Part shown: piece after piece, positions 56,401 through 64,000 of the stretch
Layout: each line of letters opens with the position of its first letter
Position numbering within the stretch: the first letter of the stretch is position 1
IMG/VR virus record: IMGVR_UViG_3300021077_000087
Location: 1 to 64,000 of that record
Origin: a virus
DNA length: 64,000 nucleotides
Direction: 5' to 3' (one strand)
Made by a program: the position numbers and the translations under genes
Notes under the pieces: generated by a model
Seen by the model: only the letters and a program-made list of their open reading frames with translations
Databases searched by the model: none
Told to the model about the DNA's origin: nothing

Positions 56401-58519
56401 AGGTGGAAAATATAATATTGCTATTGGGTATGCAGCGTCCAATTTAAATCATACTGGTAGTATAAATCAAAATAATATAGCTATAGGGAGTTTCGCTCTT
56501 GCGGCTAATTATGGGTATGAGCATATAGCCATTGGGCTTAGTGCTGCTGGTAATTGCACAGCTTCTTCTAATGGAGGTTCTATAAATATAGGATCATATG
56601 CTGGTTATAATTCCGGTAATATGAATGTAGTTATGGGTTACTCTGCAAATTATAGAAACCAAAGTTCTGGAAATTCTTATTACGGTTATAATGTAATTTT
56701 GGGACATTATGCTTTAAACCAAGCTTCTAATTCATATAATAATGTAGTAATAGGAGATAATGCAGCATATAATTATAACTATTATGGAGAAGGAGATCTT
56801 TGTGTGGTTGGGTATCATACTTTATATAGTTTTGGCAGTAACACGGGTAATCATATTTCTGCATTTGGAACAAATTCATTGCTTAAATTGACATCGGGAG
56901 CTTATATGACTGCAATAGGAGATAACGCTGGTTCCTATATTGCAAATGGTTCTACTTCAAATTTAACGGCAGATAACGGTGTTTATTTAGGAGCAAATAC
57001 TAAAGCTAAAGTAAGCGGAGGCACCAATGAAATAGTAATTGGGTATAATACTATCGGAAACGGAAGCAATACCACTGTAATTGGTAATTCTTCCGTGACA
57101 GGAGTATATTTAGGATCATCTACTCCGGCAGCCAGATTATATTCAAATGGAGTTACTTTTTCTGCAGGAACAAATACTTCTGCACCTATTACTTTCACCG
57201 CAGGAACAAATTTAACTAATGCAGCAAACGGAAATATGGAATATGACGGAACTAATCTTTATTTTACTCCTTCTGCAAATACTCGAAAAACAATTACTTA
57301 TACTTCTGATATTGCTTCCAAATTAGATACTACGAATGCTACTGTAGCTATGCGTAATAATTGGACGGCAGCATATAATAATGAAATAACAACCTTAACA
57401 ACTACTGGAACAAGTGGTGCAGCTACATTGAATAATCATACTTTGAATATACCTCAGTATAGCGGAGGTGGGGGAGGTTCTATGGTTTACCCTGATGCTG
57501 GAATAGCTGTTTCCACAGGAGCAGCGTGGGCTGCTTCTATTACAAATAATTCTTCAAATTGGAATACAGCTTATGGTTGGGGAAATCATGCTTCTGCAGG
57601 ATATTTAACGGCATCCTCTCTTTCAGGTTATGCTACTCAAACATGGGTAGGTAATCAAGGTTATTTAGCAAATGAAACTGATCCTACAATATATTCATGG
57701 GCAAAAGCAAGTACAAAACCAAGTTATTCTTGGTCTGAAATATCAAGTAAACCAACGAATCTTAGTTCCTTTACAAATGATTTAGGAAATTACGGAGGAT
57801 TTGTAACGGGAACTCCTTGGACTTCTATGGGTTATGTTACTGGTACACCTTGGACAAGTATGGGTTATGTAACAGGTACTCCTTGGACAGCCTTGGGATA
57901 TATTACAGCAGCTTCTTTACCAACGGTGAATGACGGCTCTTTATCTCTTGGAGTTTCAGGGTCAGGTATCAGTGGTTCTGCTTCATTCTCAGCAAATCAA
58001 GCAGGAACATCTACTTTTACAGTTACTTCAAATGCTACAACAAGCAATAGTGCTTCTACCATAGTTTTGAGGGATGGTTCTGGTTATGTTTCATTGACAG
58101 GTTATTTTTGTAGTCCTTCTGATATTAGATTAAAGAAAAATATTAGACCTTTAAATGCTGCAGATTATTTAAAAGCAAGGCAAATTGATTTTCATAGATT
58201 TGAATTTAGAGTAGATTCAACCAATCACGCTCATGTGGGAGTTATTGCTCAAGAATTAGAACAATTATTTCCAGAGTTTGTTTCTGTAGGAACTACTGGT
58301 AAAAAAGAAGTAAATTATATAGAAATGCTCGTTATGGTTGTTGCTCAACAAAAAGATGTTATTGAAAAATTAGAAAAAAGAGTCTCTGAATTGGAAGAAA
58401 AAACAAAATTTGGTTTATATATAAATAATGATAAAATTCCTCGTACATTTCCAGCATTACAAGCAGTAGATTGTACAAATAGTTATTACGATTTAGGTCG
58501 TATAGAAAAAGCTAAATAA
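53444..58519 (+). CDS. Giant tail fibre with YadA-head-like repeats and a C-terminal S74 intramolecular chaperone domain
   Basis: 1691 aa with many N-x-A-I-G-x-x-A-L repeats. The C-terminus SDIRLKKNI...HVGVIAQELEQLFPEFV...VNYIEML, followed by a coiled coil, is the endosialidase-type auto-cleaving chaperone. Confidence 0.85.
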   Translation: MKKLMFFLFWFIPLLSLGQFPKPTGAIPIPNFSFFKTPSDSSITIYLGKIDGYNTLLSKFDTTGNKGYYTNYKATKAGSIGGSGIKNYIPKFTGTNSIGKSLLYNSDAGISIGDTSPPHYLLTLQSTAETEKSDTTRVGPELLTALGWDIGVGYGWTGNYNDGFNYINIGQSIRGCVNTEFQPTIGETYKVSLTISNYSGSGYCLVNLGSNISSTQFKGNQTLSTTITALSNVWYFAIIPQTTFVGTIAQISIKRVESYEPTFAIKDHEGTPNFEIRSSIDSLHNTFIGKEVGKQNTSGYNNTAIGYQALKYNKTGFWNTAVGWQALFKGSSNSYGNLAIGPQALLNNNAAFNLAIGPQAMLNNINGVSNIAIGSLALGGNMSGYGNTVVGYSALLYNVIFPYNTVLGYMAGNYLANGMDANRVSQKSIYIGANTRSGMAYTYDYDTTHDSYEIVIGNDAIGHGNNTATLGNDSIKHTYLRGVNLAPMTLVVSPLSGNLENDGDSIYYTNSSNIRKALGSSGGSIDLSAYKQKNDSITNPGYFTNYKALSYKQKSDSIVNAGYATNYKLLSYKQKSDSIINAGYATNYKLLSYKQKNDSITNPGYASNYKLSFKVDKVAGQGLIRTTAKDSITTAEQHNDTIRNAGHATIYDISSKVDNTAFAATERTVRRDSTNWNTAYTHRITTLTTNGSSGNATLSHDTLNVPSYTGGTSLNGTGFVKASGTNITYDNSTYNSGSGTTNYLTKFTGTNTLGNSLMYDNGTGIGIGTNTPSYLLTTQSTVALEEAAVGTELLTTSGWTTTGWTGTDPSVGFTHTAGNTNNLSNTLTSTASTDYKLVTTITNCTTGNIQANFAGQGFSLYSSNGTYYEGIINAYSTSTFYISPSSNFNGTVVMSLKKCNGSGTNPVYVNQNHSGISNFEIRSSPAVYPQTTNGIGNWNNVYIGKNAGKNNVLGWGNVAIGEEALKSNDVGYLNIAIGPQASQLNIGGKYNIAIGYAASNLNHTGSINQNNIAIGSFALAANYGYEHIAIGLSAAGNCTASSNGGSINIGSYAGYNSGNMNVVMGYSANYRNQSSGNSYYGYNVILGHYALNQASNSYNNVVIGDNAAYNYNYYGEGDLCVVGYHTLYSFGSNTGNHISAFGTNSLLKLTSGAYMTAIGDNAGSYIANGSTSNLTADNGVYLGANTKAKVSGGTNEIVIGYNTIGNGSNTTVIGNSSVTGVYLGSSTPAARLYSNGVTFSAGTNTSAPITFTAGTNLTNAANGNMEYDGTNLYFTPSANTRKTITYTSDIASKLDTTNATVAMRNNWTAAYNNEITTLTTTGTSGAATLNNHTLNIPQYSGGGGGSMVYPDAGIAVSTGAAWAASITNNSSNWNTAYGWGNHASAGYLTASSLSGYATQTWVGNQGYLANETDPTIYSWAKASTKPSYSWSEISSKPTNLSSFTNDLGNYGGFVTGTPWTSMGYVTGTPWTSMGYVTGTPWTALGYITAASLPTVNDGSLSLGVSGSGISGSASFSANQAGTSTFTVTSNATTSNSASTIVLRDGSGYVSLTGYFCSPSDIRLKKNIRPLNAADYLKARQIDFHRFEFRVDSTNHAHVGVIAQELEQLFPEFVSVGTTGKKEVNYIEMLVMVVAQQKDVIEKLEKRVSELEEKTKFGLYINNDKIPRTFPALQAVDCTNSYYDLGRIEKAK
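55031..55282 (+). repeat. Four 63-bp (21-aa) tandem repeats in the fibre gene
   Basis: YKQKNDSITNPGYFTNYKALS / YKQKSDSIVNAGYATNYKLLS / YKQKSDSIINAGYATNYKLLS / YKQKNDSITNPGYASNYKLSF. Similarity follows an A-B-B-A pattern. Confidence 0.9.
57809..57907 (+). repeat. Three 33-bp (11-aa) tandem repeats in the fibre gene
   Basis: GTPWTSMGYVT x2, then GTPWTALGYIT. Confidence 0.9.
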
Positions 58520-58520
58520 T

Positions 58521-59741
58521 ATGAAAACAATTATTTTAGGTATTCTTTTATTTTTAGCAAGTTTAAATTTATTTGCTCAAAAACTTCCTATTAACGGAAT
58601 ATGTCTTACTGATGTATTGGCGGTAACAAGCGGAAGTTGTCTTGCTGATGCTTTTAGTAATGCAAACCCTAATTATTTTGATCCAACTTATGCAGTACCT
58701 AATGGGAATTTTCTTGATGATTTTCGTAACTATGGTCCAAGGTCTTGCGTTAGACCAAATGGGTTATCTACTGCTTTATATATTTATAGGACAGCTTGTA
58801 ATGGTTCTGATTCATATTTTACAGGAAGTTATGCTGCGGCTTCTCAAGCCGCATGGGATATATCAAATAATTCAGCAAATTGTTCTCCATCAGGATATAC
58901 AGGTTGTCAAGCCTTTTCTTTTGCCATAAATGATACTTTATATCATAATGAGTCTGGGCCAGATTGTTCATATGTTTCAGATGGATATTATTTGATAACG
59001 GCCTACCAAGGTTATCCTCCAAATTGGTCTGGTGTTTTTTCTTGGCCTTTAAATGTTTATCATGTAGTTAGCGGAAAAATAGTACAAATCACTCAAGCAA
59101 GTGTAGCTTCTATACCAACTGTAAATACAGGTTCTATTTCTCTCACAGGGATAACCAGTGCTTCCGTGGGGGGTTCTATTTCATCGGATGGAGGAGCTTC
59201 TGTTACTGCAAAAGGAATTTGTTATAATACTTCTGCTAATCCTACTATTTCCAATTCACATACTTCCAATGGTACTGGAAATACTTCTTTTACAGGGTAT
59301 CTTAGTGGATTAGATAAAGCAACTACTTATCATGTAAGAGCTTATGCTACAAATAGTGTAGGTACTGGATATGGTAATGATGATAGTTTTATTTCTTATG
59401 ACCTTCCTTATACTGCAGCAACTTTACAAACGTTAAGGATAGCCGGTAATATTCAAAATTTGAATTTAACATTCACAACTACTAATCCAACAGAATCCAC
59501 AAATAATATTTATATGAAAGTTAAAAATGTTACAAGAAGTTCAAGTTGGATTACTACAAGTGGTATGTTTTCTTACGCAGAAGAATGGAATGTTTCTCAT
59601 TCAGTTACTTTAGCAATGGGAGTAAGCAATTATAGTGGAGATGTTTTTGATATGCAATTTAGTATAGATAATGGAGCTACTTGGAGTGCAGATTTGTTTA
59701 TTGTCAATGATAAAATATTACCTTACGATATTAATCAATAA
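58521..59741 (+). CDS. Signal-peptide-bearing protein with an Ig-like domain shared with the tail tip protein (putative receptor-binding or accessory fibre protein)
   Basis: N-terminus MKTIILGILLFLASLNLFAQ. KGICYNTSANPTISNS...TTYHVRAYATNSVGTGYG parallels residues about 590-650 of 49818..52349. Confidence 0.45.
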   Translation: MKTIILGILLFLASLNLFAQKLPINGICLTDVLAVTSGSCLADAFSNANPNYFDPTYAVPNGNFLDDFRNYGPRSCVRPNGLSTALYIYRTACNGSDSYFTGSYAAASQAAWDISNNSANCSPSGYTGCQAFSFAINDTLYHNESGPDCSYVSDGYYLITAYQGYPPNWSGVFSWPLNVYHVVSGKIVQITQASVASIPTVNTGSISLTGITSASVGGSISSDGGASVTAKGICYNTSANPTISNSHTSNGTGNTSFTGYLSGLDKATTYHVRAYATNSVGTGYGNDDSFISYDLPYTAATLQTLRIAGNIQNLNLTFTTTNPTESTNNIYMKVKNVTRSSSWITTSGMFSYAEEWNVSHSVTLAMGVSNYSGDVFDMQFSIDNGATWSADLFIVNDKILPYDINQ

Positions 59742-59784
59742 ATATAATTTTATATTATAGTATTTATTTTTAAAAATAAAATTT

Positions 59785-60300
59785 ATGGCAATTAAAAAAG
59801 ATCAGACACAGATTGTATCAGAAAAGGATTCAGATGAAAAAAGATTTTTAGTACATAAGGAAGAAATCAGACAAGCTGCTGTAGAAGCAAGAGAAACAAT
59901 AACGAATGAAGCAAGAACGGCAGCCGCAACAATTTCGGATGCTGCTATAGTAGCTTCTAAGAAAATTTCAGAAGCTGCTGAGGTTGCTGTTCGTGTTGTA
60001 AGTATTAAAAATGCCGACGATCATGATTTACTTATTGAACTAAAGGTAGGTAACCAGTTTATTCGCAATGATATTAAGGATTTAGCAAATGGAGTCACAG
60101 CACAAATTGATGAATTACGTAAGACTAAAGCAGAAAAAATTGAATTAGATGCTTTAGCACATGAGGTACATGTTGTTAGAGAAAAACGAATAAGAGATTT
60201 GGAAAATAAAACAAGTAATTATTTTATTACCATGACCTTATTGATGATTGCGATTGGCTCCATGTTTACAGTACTTCTTTTTCATGTTTTTGGTAAATAA
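59785..60300 (+). CDS. C-terminally membrane-anchored coiled-coil protein (lysis-associated?)
   Basis: A single TM segment, YFITMTLLMIAIGSMFTVLLFHVF, at the C-terminus. The gene is directly upstream of the endolysin gene. Confidence 0.3.
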   Translation: MAIKKDQTQIVSEKDSDEKRFLVHKEEIRQAAVEARETITNEARTAAATISDAAIVASKKISEAAEVAVRVVSIKNADDHDLLIELKVGNQFIRNDIKDLANGVTAQIDELRKTKAEKIELDALAHEVHVVREKRIRDLENKTSNYFITMTLLMIAIGSMFTVLLFHVFGK

Positions 60301-60315
60301 CTTATTCTTATTATT

Positions 60316-60660
60316 ATGACAGTAGTAGAGCATCAAATTGAATTTTTAAAAGACTTTGCAAGACTTATTTTTAAAGCAGAAGAGCTGGGACTTACTGTTA
60401 CTGCAGGTGAGTTAATGCGTAGTCAAGAACAACAAGACCTTTATTTTAATGAAGGCAAGACAACAGTTCATCATTCCATACATCAAGACCGGATGGCTGG
60501 GGATTTGAATTGTTTCAAGGATGGAGTATTAACTTATAAAAAGGAAGATATTCAACTTCTTGGAGACTATTGGGTAAGTTTAAACCCGTTGAATAGGTGG
60601 GGTGGTAATTGGGTTGGTTTTCCTGATTCACCACATTTTGAACGTAATATTAGTTCATAA
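60316..60660 (+). CDS. Peptidase M15 (VanY / L-alanyl-D-glutamate peptidase-like) endolysin
   Basis: SIHQDRMAGD (SxHxxGxAxD-type) and WGGNW...DSPHFE. Confidence 0.8.
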   Translation: MTVVEHQIEFLKDFARLIFKAEELGLTVTAGELMRSQEQQDLYFNEGKTTVHHSIHQDRMAGDLNCFKDGVLTYKKEDIQLLGDYWVSLNPLNRWGGNWVGFPDSPHFERNISS

Positions 60661-60675
60661 ATAAAAAACAAAGAC

Positions 60676-61413
60676 ATGATAAGAATTTATAATTTAAAGC
60701 GACAAAAAGACGACGGAAGGGATAAGTCACTATCCGACATACTTGATGTTCATGAAGCTGTAAAACTTCCTGTATCAATTGATTTAAGGCCGAAAAATCC
60801 GCCTATTTTCGATCAAGGTAATTTGGGATCATGTTCCGCTAATGCTGGAATTCGTGCCAGAATGATACTTACAAATGAAAGTCAATTACTTTCCAGGTTG
60901 TATCAATATTATCAGGAAAGAGTAATCGAAAACTGTGTTGGTACTGATTCTGGAGCACAAATGCGGGACATAGGCAAAGCATTATTCAATTGTGGGGTAT
61001 GTCTGGAATCTGACTTTCCATACGACATTACTAAATTCACAAAAAAGCCTACCCCACTGAATGACACAAATGCGTTAAAATATAAAATAGGCTCTTATAA
61101 TTCGGTATCGGATGTAAATGGTATCAAGCAGGTTTTAGCTCTCAAGCAACAGCCTGTTATGATTGGAATGGATGTATATCCTTCTTTTGAGTCTGCCGAT
61201 GTGGCTAAAACAGGCATAGTTCCACTTCCTAAGAAATCCGAAAAAATACTTGGAGGCCATGCCGTCACAATTGTAGGTTATGATGATACCAGAAAATGGT
61301 TTGTCGTGGCAAACAGTTGGGGTACTAACTGGGGGGATAAAGGATATTTTTATTTGCCCTATACATATTTCACAAAGGGATTTGCTTACGATTTTTGGAT
61401 TTTGAACATTTAA
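60676..61413 (+). CDS. Papain-like cysteine peptidase (family C1)
   Basis: QGNLGSCSANA (catalytic Cys), GGHAVTIVGYD (His) and NSWGTNWGDKGYFYL (Asn/Trp). Confidence 0.8.
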   Translation: MIRIYNLKRQKDDGRDKSLSDILDVHEAVKLPVSIDLRPKNPPIFDQGNLGSCSANAGIRARMILTNESQLLSRLYQYYQERVIENCVGTDSGAQMRDIGKALFNCGVCLESDFPYDITKFTKKPTPLNDTNALKYKIGSYNSVSDVNGIKQVLALKQQPVMIGMDVYPSFESADVAKTGIVPLPKKSEKILGGHAVTIVGYDDTRKWFVVANSWGTNWGDKGYFYLPYTYFTKGFAYDFWILNI

Positions 61414-61422
61414 AAAATTAAC

Positions 61423-61911
61423 ATGAAAAAATTATTTTTAATTCTTGGTTTAATCATTTTGTTGACATTTAATATCAATGCACAGAAACTACATTGGTAT
61501 CCATTCAGTAAAAATGTTGAAAACACAAATGTAAAAGGTCAAATGAAAGTGCAAATAGCTTTCAAAGACAGTACAATTTTCCTTGCTCCTTCGGTTGCAT
61601 TTGATGTATTTTCAAAAGAGAAGGATACAGGAGAATATAATTTGGGTATTATTCCTGGCATAGGGTATGGACTAAAATGGAATCCTTATAAGTGGAAAAA
61701 TGATTATTTAATTGGAGTAGATGTTTTTGCACAGGCGGCTTTAAATGCACCGGAAGGGACTTCAAAATACTTTAATGTTAGAATTTTGCCAACCTTTACA
61801 TTACTCAATTGGATTCATATAGGGTATGGTCCAATGTGGAAGATAGGGCTAAACGGTAACTCTAATATTAACACTTCTGTATTCACGTTGGGTATATCCA
61901 AATCTTTATAA
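61423..61911 (+). CDS. Secreted or outer-membrane-type protein
   Basis: Signal peptide MKKLFLILGLIILLTFNINAQ. The rest is beta-strand-like with alternating hydrophobicity. Confidence 0.35.
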   Translation: MKKLFLILGLIILLTFNINAQKLHWYPFSKNVENTNVKGQMKVQIAFKDSTIFLAPSVAFDVFSKEKDTGEYNLGIIPGIGYGLKWNPYKWKNDYLIGVDVFAQAALNAPEGTSKYFNVRILPTFTLLNWIHIGYGPMWKIGLNGNSNINTSVFTLGISKSL

Positions 61912-61956
61912 TTAACACAATTCCAATTCATTAATTTAATCAAAAATCAAAAGATC

Positions 61957-62190
61957 ATGAAAAATTTAAAAGACACCATTACAACTATCTTTGCAGTATT
62001 AATGGCTATTGCAGGTGCTGTCAATGCTTTTTTACAGGCAAATACAGGAACGGATAAAATAAACTGGTATCAATTACTGGTTGCTGTCGTTGTTGCCGTT
62101 GTGGCTTACTTCACAGGAAAGAATCCAAACGGCAGTACAAAAGTTATTGATCCTAATACCGGACAACAAGACTTATCTGTAAAACCATAA
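61957..62190 (+). CDS. Small two-TM protein, holin candidate
   Basis: 77 aa with TM segments ITTIFAVLMAIAGAVNAFL and LLVAVVVAVVAYFTG. It is the last gene of the plus-strand block. Confidence 0.4.
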   Translation: MKNLKDTITTIFAVLMAIAGAVNAFLQANTGTDKINWYQLLVAVVVAVVAYFTGKNPNGSTKVIDPNTGQQDLSVKP

Positions 62191-62230
62191 AACCATAGTG
62201 GGTTTTTAGTTGTTTTTGTTAAGCAGAAAG

Positions 62231-62270
62231 AAGGGCAAGAAACGGTCAACCACGACCCGATCTTGCCCTT
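62231..62270. terminator. Bidirectional terminator-like hairpin between convergent blocks
   Basis: 10-bp stem AAGGGCAAGA / TCTTGCCCTT with a 20-nt loop, located between convergent genes. Confidence 0.5.
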
Positions 62271-62422
62271 TGATATTTATGAAAACGTGAGATACAGAAT
62301 CCAAAAGACTGCCTCACTCTTGCTATTAGTAAATGTGGTTGATTCTATTGTCACCGACTCCTCAGGTGGACCTTTATTTGTCCTCATCCATTTTGGAATC
62401 AGGAAAGATGGTATAATAAAGT

Positions 62423-62749
62423 TCATGATTCTTTGTTTCTAAATTCATACCCATTTATAAAACCTAACAAATAATTTATGATCAGAGTTGTATTTATATA
62501 GGGACATAATGATATGTCAGGATGATAAAAATTATATACCTGTACATCATACCCATGATCAAATAATAATTGATACCTATATGCTTTTATAGGTTTTTGA
62601 AACCATTTTTTTCGGTAAGTATAAAAATCTTCTTTTAAATAGATGGAAGGGTTGTATTTGCGTACGTCTTGATATATTTCATTAACTGCAAAATTTTCTA
62701 CAAACAGCAATCTTGCTAATTCTTCTTTTGTGTAAAATGTTGTTATCAT
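62423..62749 (-). CDS. Hypothetical protein
   Basis: 108-aa ORF, overlap-coupled to the ATPase gene. Confidence 0.4.
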   Translation of the reverse strand: MITTFYTKEELARLLFVENFAVNEIYQDVRKYNPSIYLKEDFYTYRKKWFQKPIKAYRYQLLFDHGYDVQVYNFYHPDISLCPYINTTLIINYLLGFINGYEFRNKES

Positions 62750-63354
62750 GATTGTATTACTTTTGTTTTTCCTTTCCGAATACTTGTTGTAAATGTACGA
62801 TCAGCGTATGAGGACAAAATCTCATTATGTGTTACCAAAATAAATTGCAAACCTAATCGTTGACTGATTTCTTTTAACATAGCACTTGCTCTTTCTTGAT
62901 TATCACCGGAAACAAATCTAAATGGTTCATCAAGTATGATTGTGTTTCTTGTCCGTGGGTTCATCATAGACCAACTTGCTATACGCAAAGCAAATGCAGC
63001 AACATCCACCGTTCCACCACCGGAAGCAGACATAGGATCAACTTGCACACCATTCCTTTCAAATAGCAAATCACATTCAGTTTTATTCCTACGTTGTACA
63101 AATTCTACTTTCAATTCATAAGGATTTTTGAAAATAGCTTGTAGAGCAAGTGATGTTATATCACTGATATGATAGCTTATTTGGTCCTGTGTTTTTTTGC
63201 CTACTTCACGAATAATCTCACGAGCTTTTTCATGCCTATGCAAACTTTTTGTAGCAATTTTCAATTCTTCTTGTGCAGATGCTAAGTCCTGCTCAATTTG
63301 CATTTGCTTGCCCTTGAGTTGATCCAGTTTGGTTCTTAGAGTTTGTATACTCAT
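62746..63354 (-). CDS. Rad50 / SbcC-like ATPase, C-terminal half only
   Basis: Coiled-coil N-terminus, signature-like MSASGGGTVDV, Walker B / D-loop IILDEPF, and LVTHN. There is no Walker A in this polypeptide. Confidence 0.6.
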   Translation of the reverse strand: MSIQTLRTKLDQLKGKQMQIEQDLASAQEELKIATKSLHRHEKAREIIREVGKKTQDQISYHISDITSLALQAIFKNPYELKVEFVQRRNKTECDLLFERNGVQVDPMSASGGGTVDVAAFALRIASWSMMNPRTRNTIILDEPFRFVSGDNQERASAMLKEISQRLGLQFILVTHNEILSSYADRTFTTSIRKGKTKVIQS

Positions 63355-63356
63355 TT

Positions 63357-63803
63357 TTAATTTTTATATAAGAATTTGCCAAATACTATACTGTCAGGAT
63401 GAACCCCTATTTGCCAGAAATTTATAGCAAAAGGTATTAACCATGTTAAGTTTGTAATTAGGTTCTTTGGAAGAGAATCAATAGGAAACCAAGAAACTTC
63501 TTGATCTTCCATTGTTTTTACTTTCCCATTATATTTAGGATTGTATTTTGTGGTGAAAATTTCTACTTTATAGTTTTCTTTATTTAGGATTGTTCCAATA
63601 TGTTCCCATTGTCCGTATAAAATATTTAAACCACATTCTTCTTGTATTTCTCTACCTACACATTCTTCAGCAATTTCTCTTTTTTCAATATGTCCACCAG
63701 GAAAATTATAAAGTCCTTTTTGCCAATCGGGTCTGTTTTTTAAAATTAATAAAACTTTGCTACAAGTTTCATTAAAAATAATTCCAATTGTGTACTTTTT
63801 CAT
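63357..63803 (-). CDS. NUDIX hydrolase
   Basis: Nudix box GGHIEKREIAEECVGREIQEECGL. Confidence 0.85.
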   Translation of the reverse strand: MKKYTIGIIFNETCSKVLLILKNRPDWQKGLYNFPGGHIEKREIAEECVGREIQEECGLNILYGQWEHIGTILNKENYKVEIFTTKYNPKYNGKVKTMEDQEVSWFPIDSLPKNLITNLTWLIPFAINFWQIGVHPDSIVFGKFLYKN

Positions 63804-63805
63804 AA

Positions 63806-64000
63806 CTATTGTATTTCAAGTTTTGCTTCAAGTTTATCTGAACTTTCTTCCATTTCAGTGCGCATTGTTTCCAATTCTTTTTTCATTTTAGTAAGTTTCT
63901 TCTCTGCTTTTTCAACAGTAGTACAACCCCAATTTTCACTGAGTTGTTTCATCAATGCACTGAGATGTCCTTTGGATTCTGCTATAGCAGTTTTTGCTTC
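63806..64000 (-). CDS. Coiled-coil protein, 3' end only (the gene continues beyond the window)
   Basis: Hand-translated ...AKTAIAESKGHLSALMKQLSENWGCTTVEKAEKKLTKMKKELETMRTEMEESSDKLEAKLEIQ*, with the stop at 63806-63808. Confidence 0.4.
   Translation of the reverse strand, partial: EAKTAIAESKGHLSALMKQLSENWGCTTVEKAEKKLTKMKKELETMRTEMEESSDKLEAKLEIQ

Noticed and set aside
29014-58929. Numerous 60-125-aa ORFs antisense to, or in alternate frames within, structural genes. Examples are 29014..29352, 30578..30868, 35770..36147, 36439..36783, 46733..46936, 47585..47869, 56983..57198 and 58642..58929.
   Set aside because: All are fully contained within long, motif-supported genes on the other strand or in another frame. 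None has independent signals, so I treat them as shadow ORFs.
49818-59741. A complete diversity-generating retroelement acting on the tail proteins.
   Set aside because: No reverse-transcriptase-like ORF is visible in the window, and I saw no obvious template-repeat copy of the DUF1566 C-terminus. Only the target-like domain is present.

Overview
The window looks like most of the genome of an AT-rich tailed dsDNA phage. It has a long non-contractile-tail layout: tail tube, chaperone pair with a -1 frameshift, and a 1125-aa tape measure, with no sheath gene. A Bacteroidota-type host is inferred only, from near-absence of Shine-Dalgarno sites and from MKK...LFAQ-style signal peptides.

The window has three transcriptional blocks.

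1. Positions 1-27.7 kb, minus strand, hold replication, nucleotide-metabolism and early genes. These are a gp32-like SSB, a clamp loader, a beta-like clamp and a family A DNA polymerase encoded as two separate genes. The block also holds ThyX, a DNA methyltransferase, QueD, a radical SAM enzyme, a DnaB/RepA-like helicase, a Toprim primase, an SNF2 helicase, a DenV-family glycosylase, an XRE regulator and many small ORFs.
2. Positions 29.0-62.2 kb, plus strand, hold packaging, head, tail and lysis genes. These are TerS, TerL, portal, a Mu-F-like protein, scaffold/protease, major capsid, connectors, tube, tape measure, a 1691-aa fibre with an S74 chaperone domain, an M15 endolysin and a papain-like C1 peptidase.
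3. Positions 62.4-64 kb, minus strand, hold a Rad50/SbcC-like ATPase C-terminal half and a NUDIX hydrolase.

The most unusual items are:
- a six-gene glycosyltransferase / methyltransferase / sulfotransferase island inserted between the capsid and connector genes;
- a tRNA-Ser(GCU)-like element whose 3' part lies upstream of its matching 5' acceptor/D-arm half, so it looks permuted;
- an orphan QueD + atypical radical SAM + DNA methyltransferase trio;
- a 2.7-kb gene-poor divergent region full of dispersed short repeats;
- poly-Asp / Lys-Ala-Pro low-complexity proteins.

All functional calls rest on motif-level recognition by eye. No database search was run.
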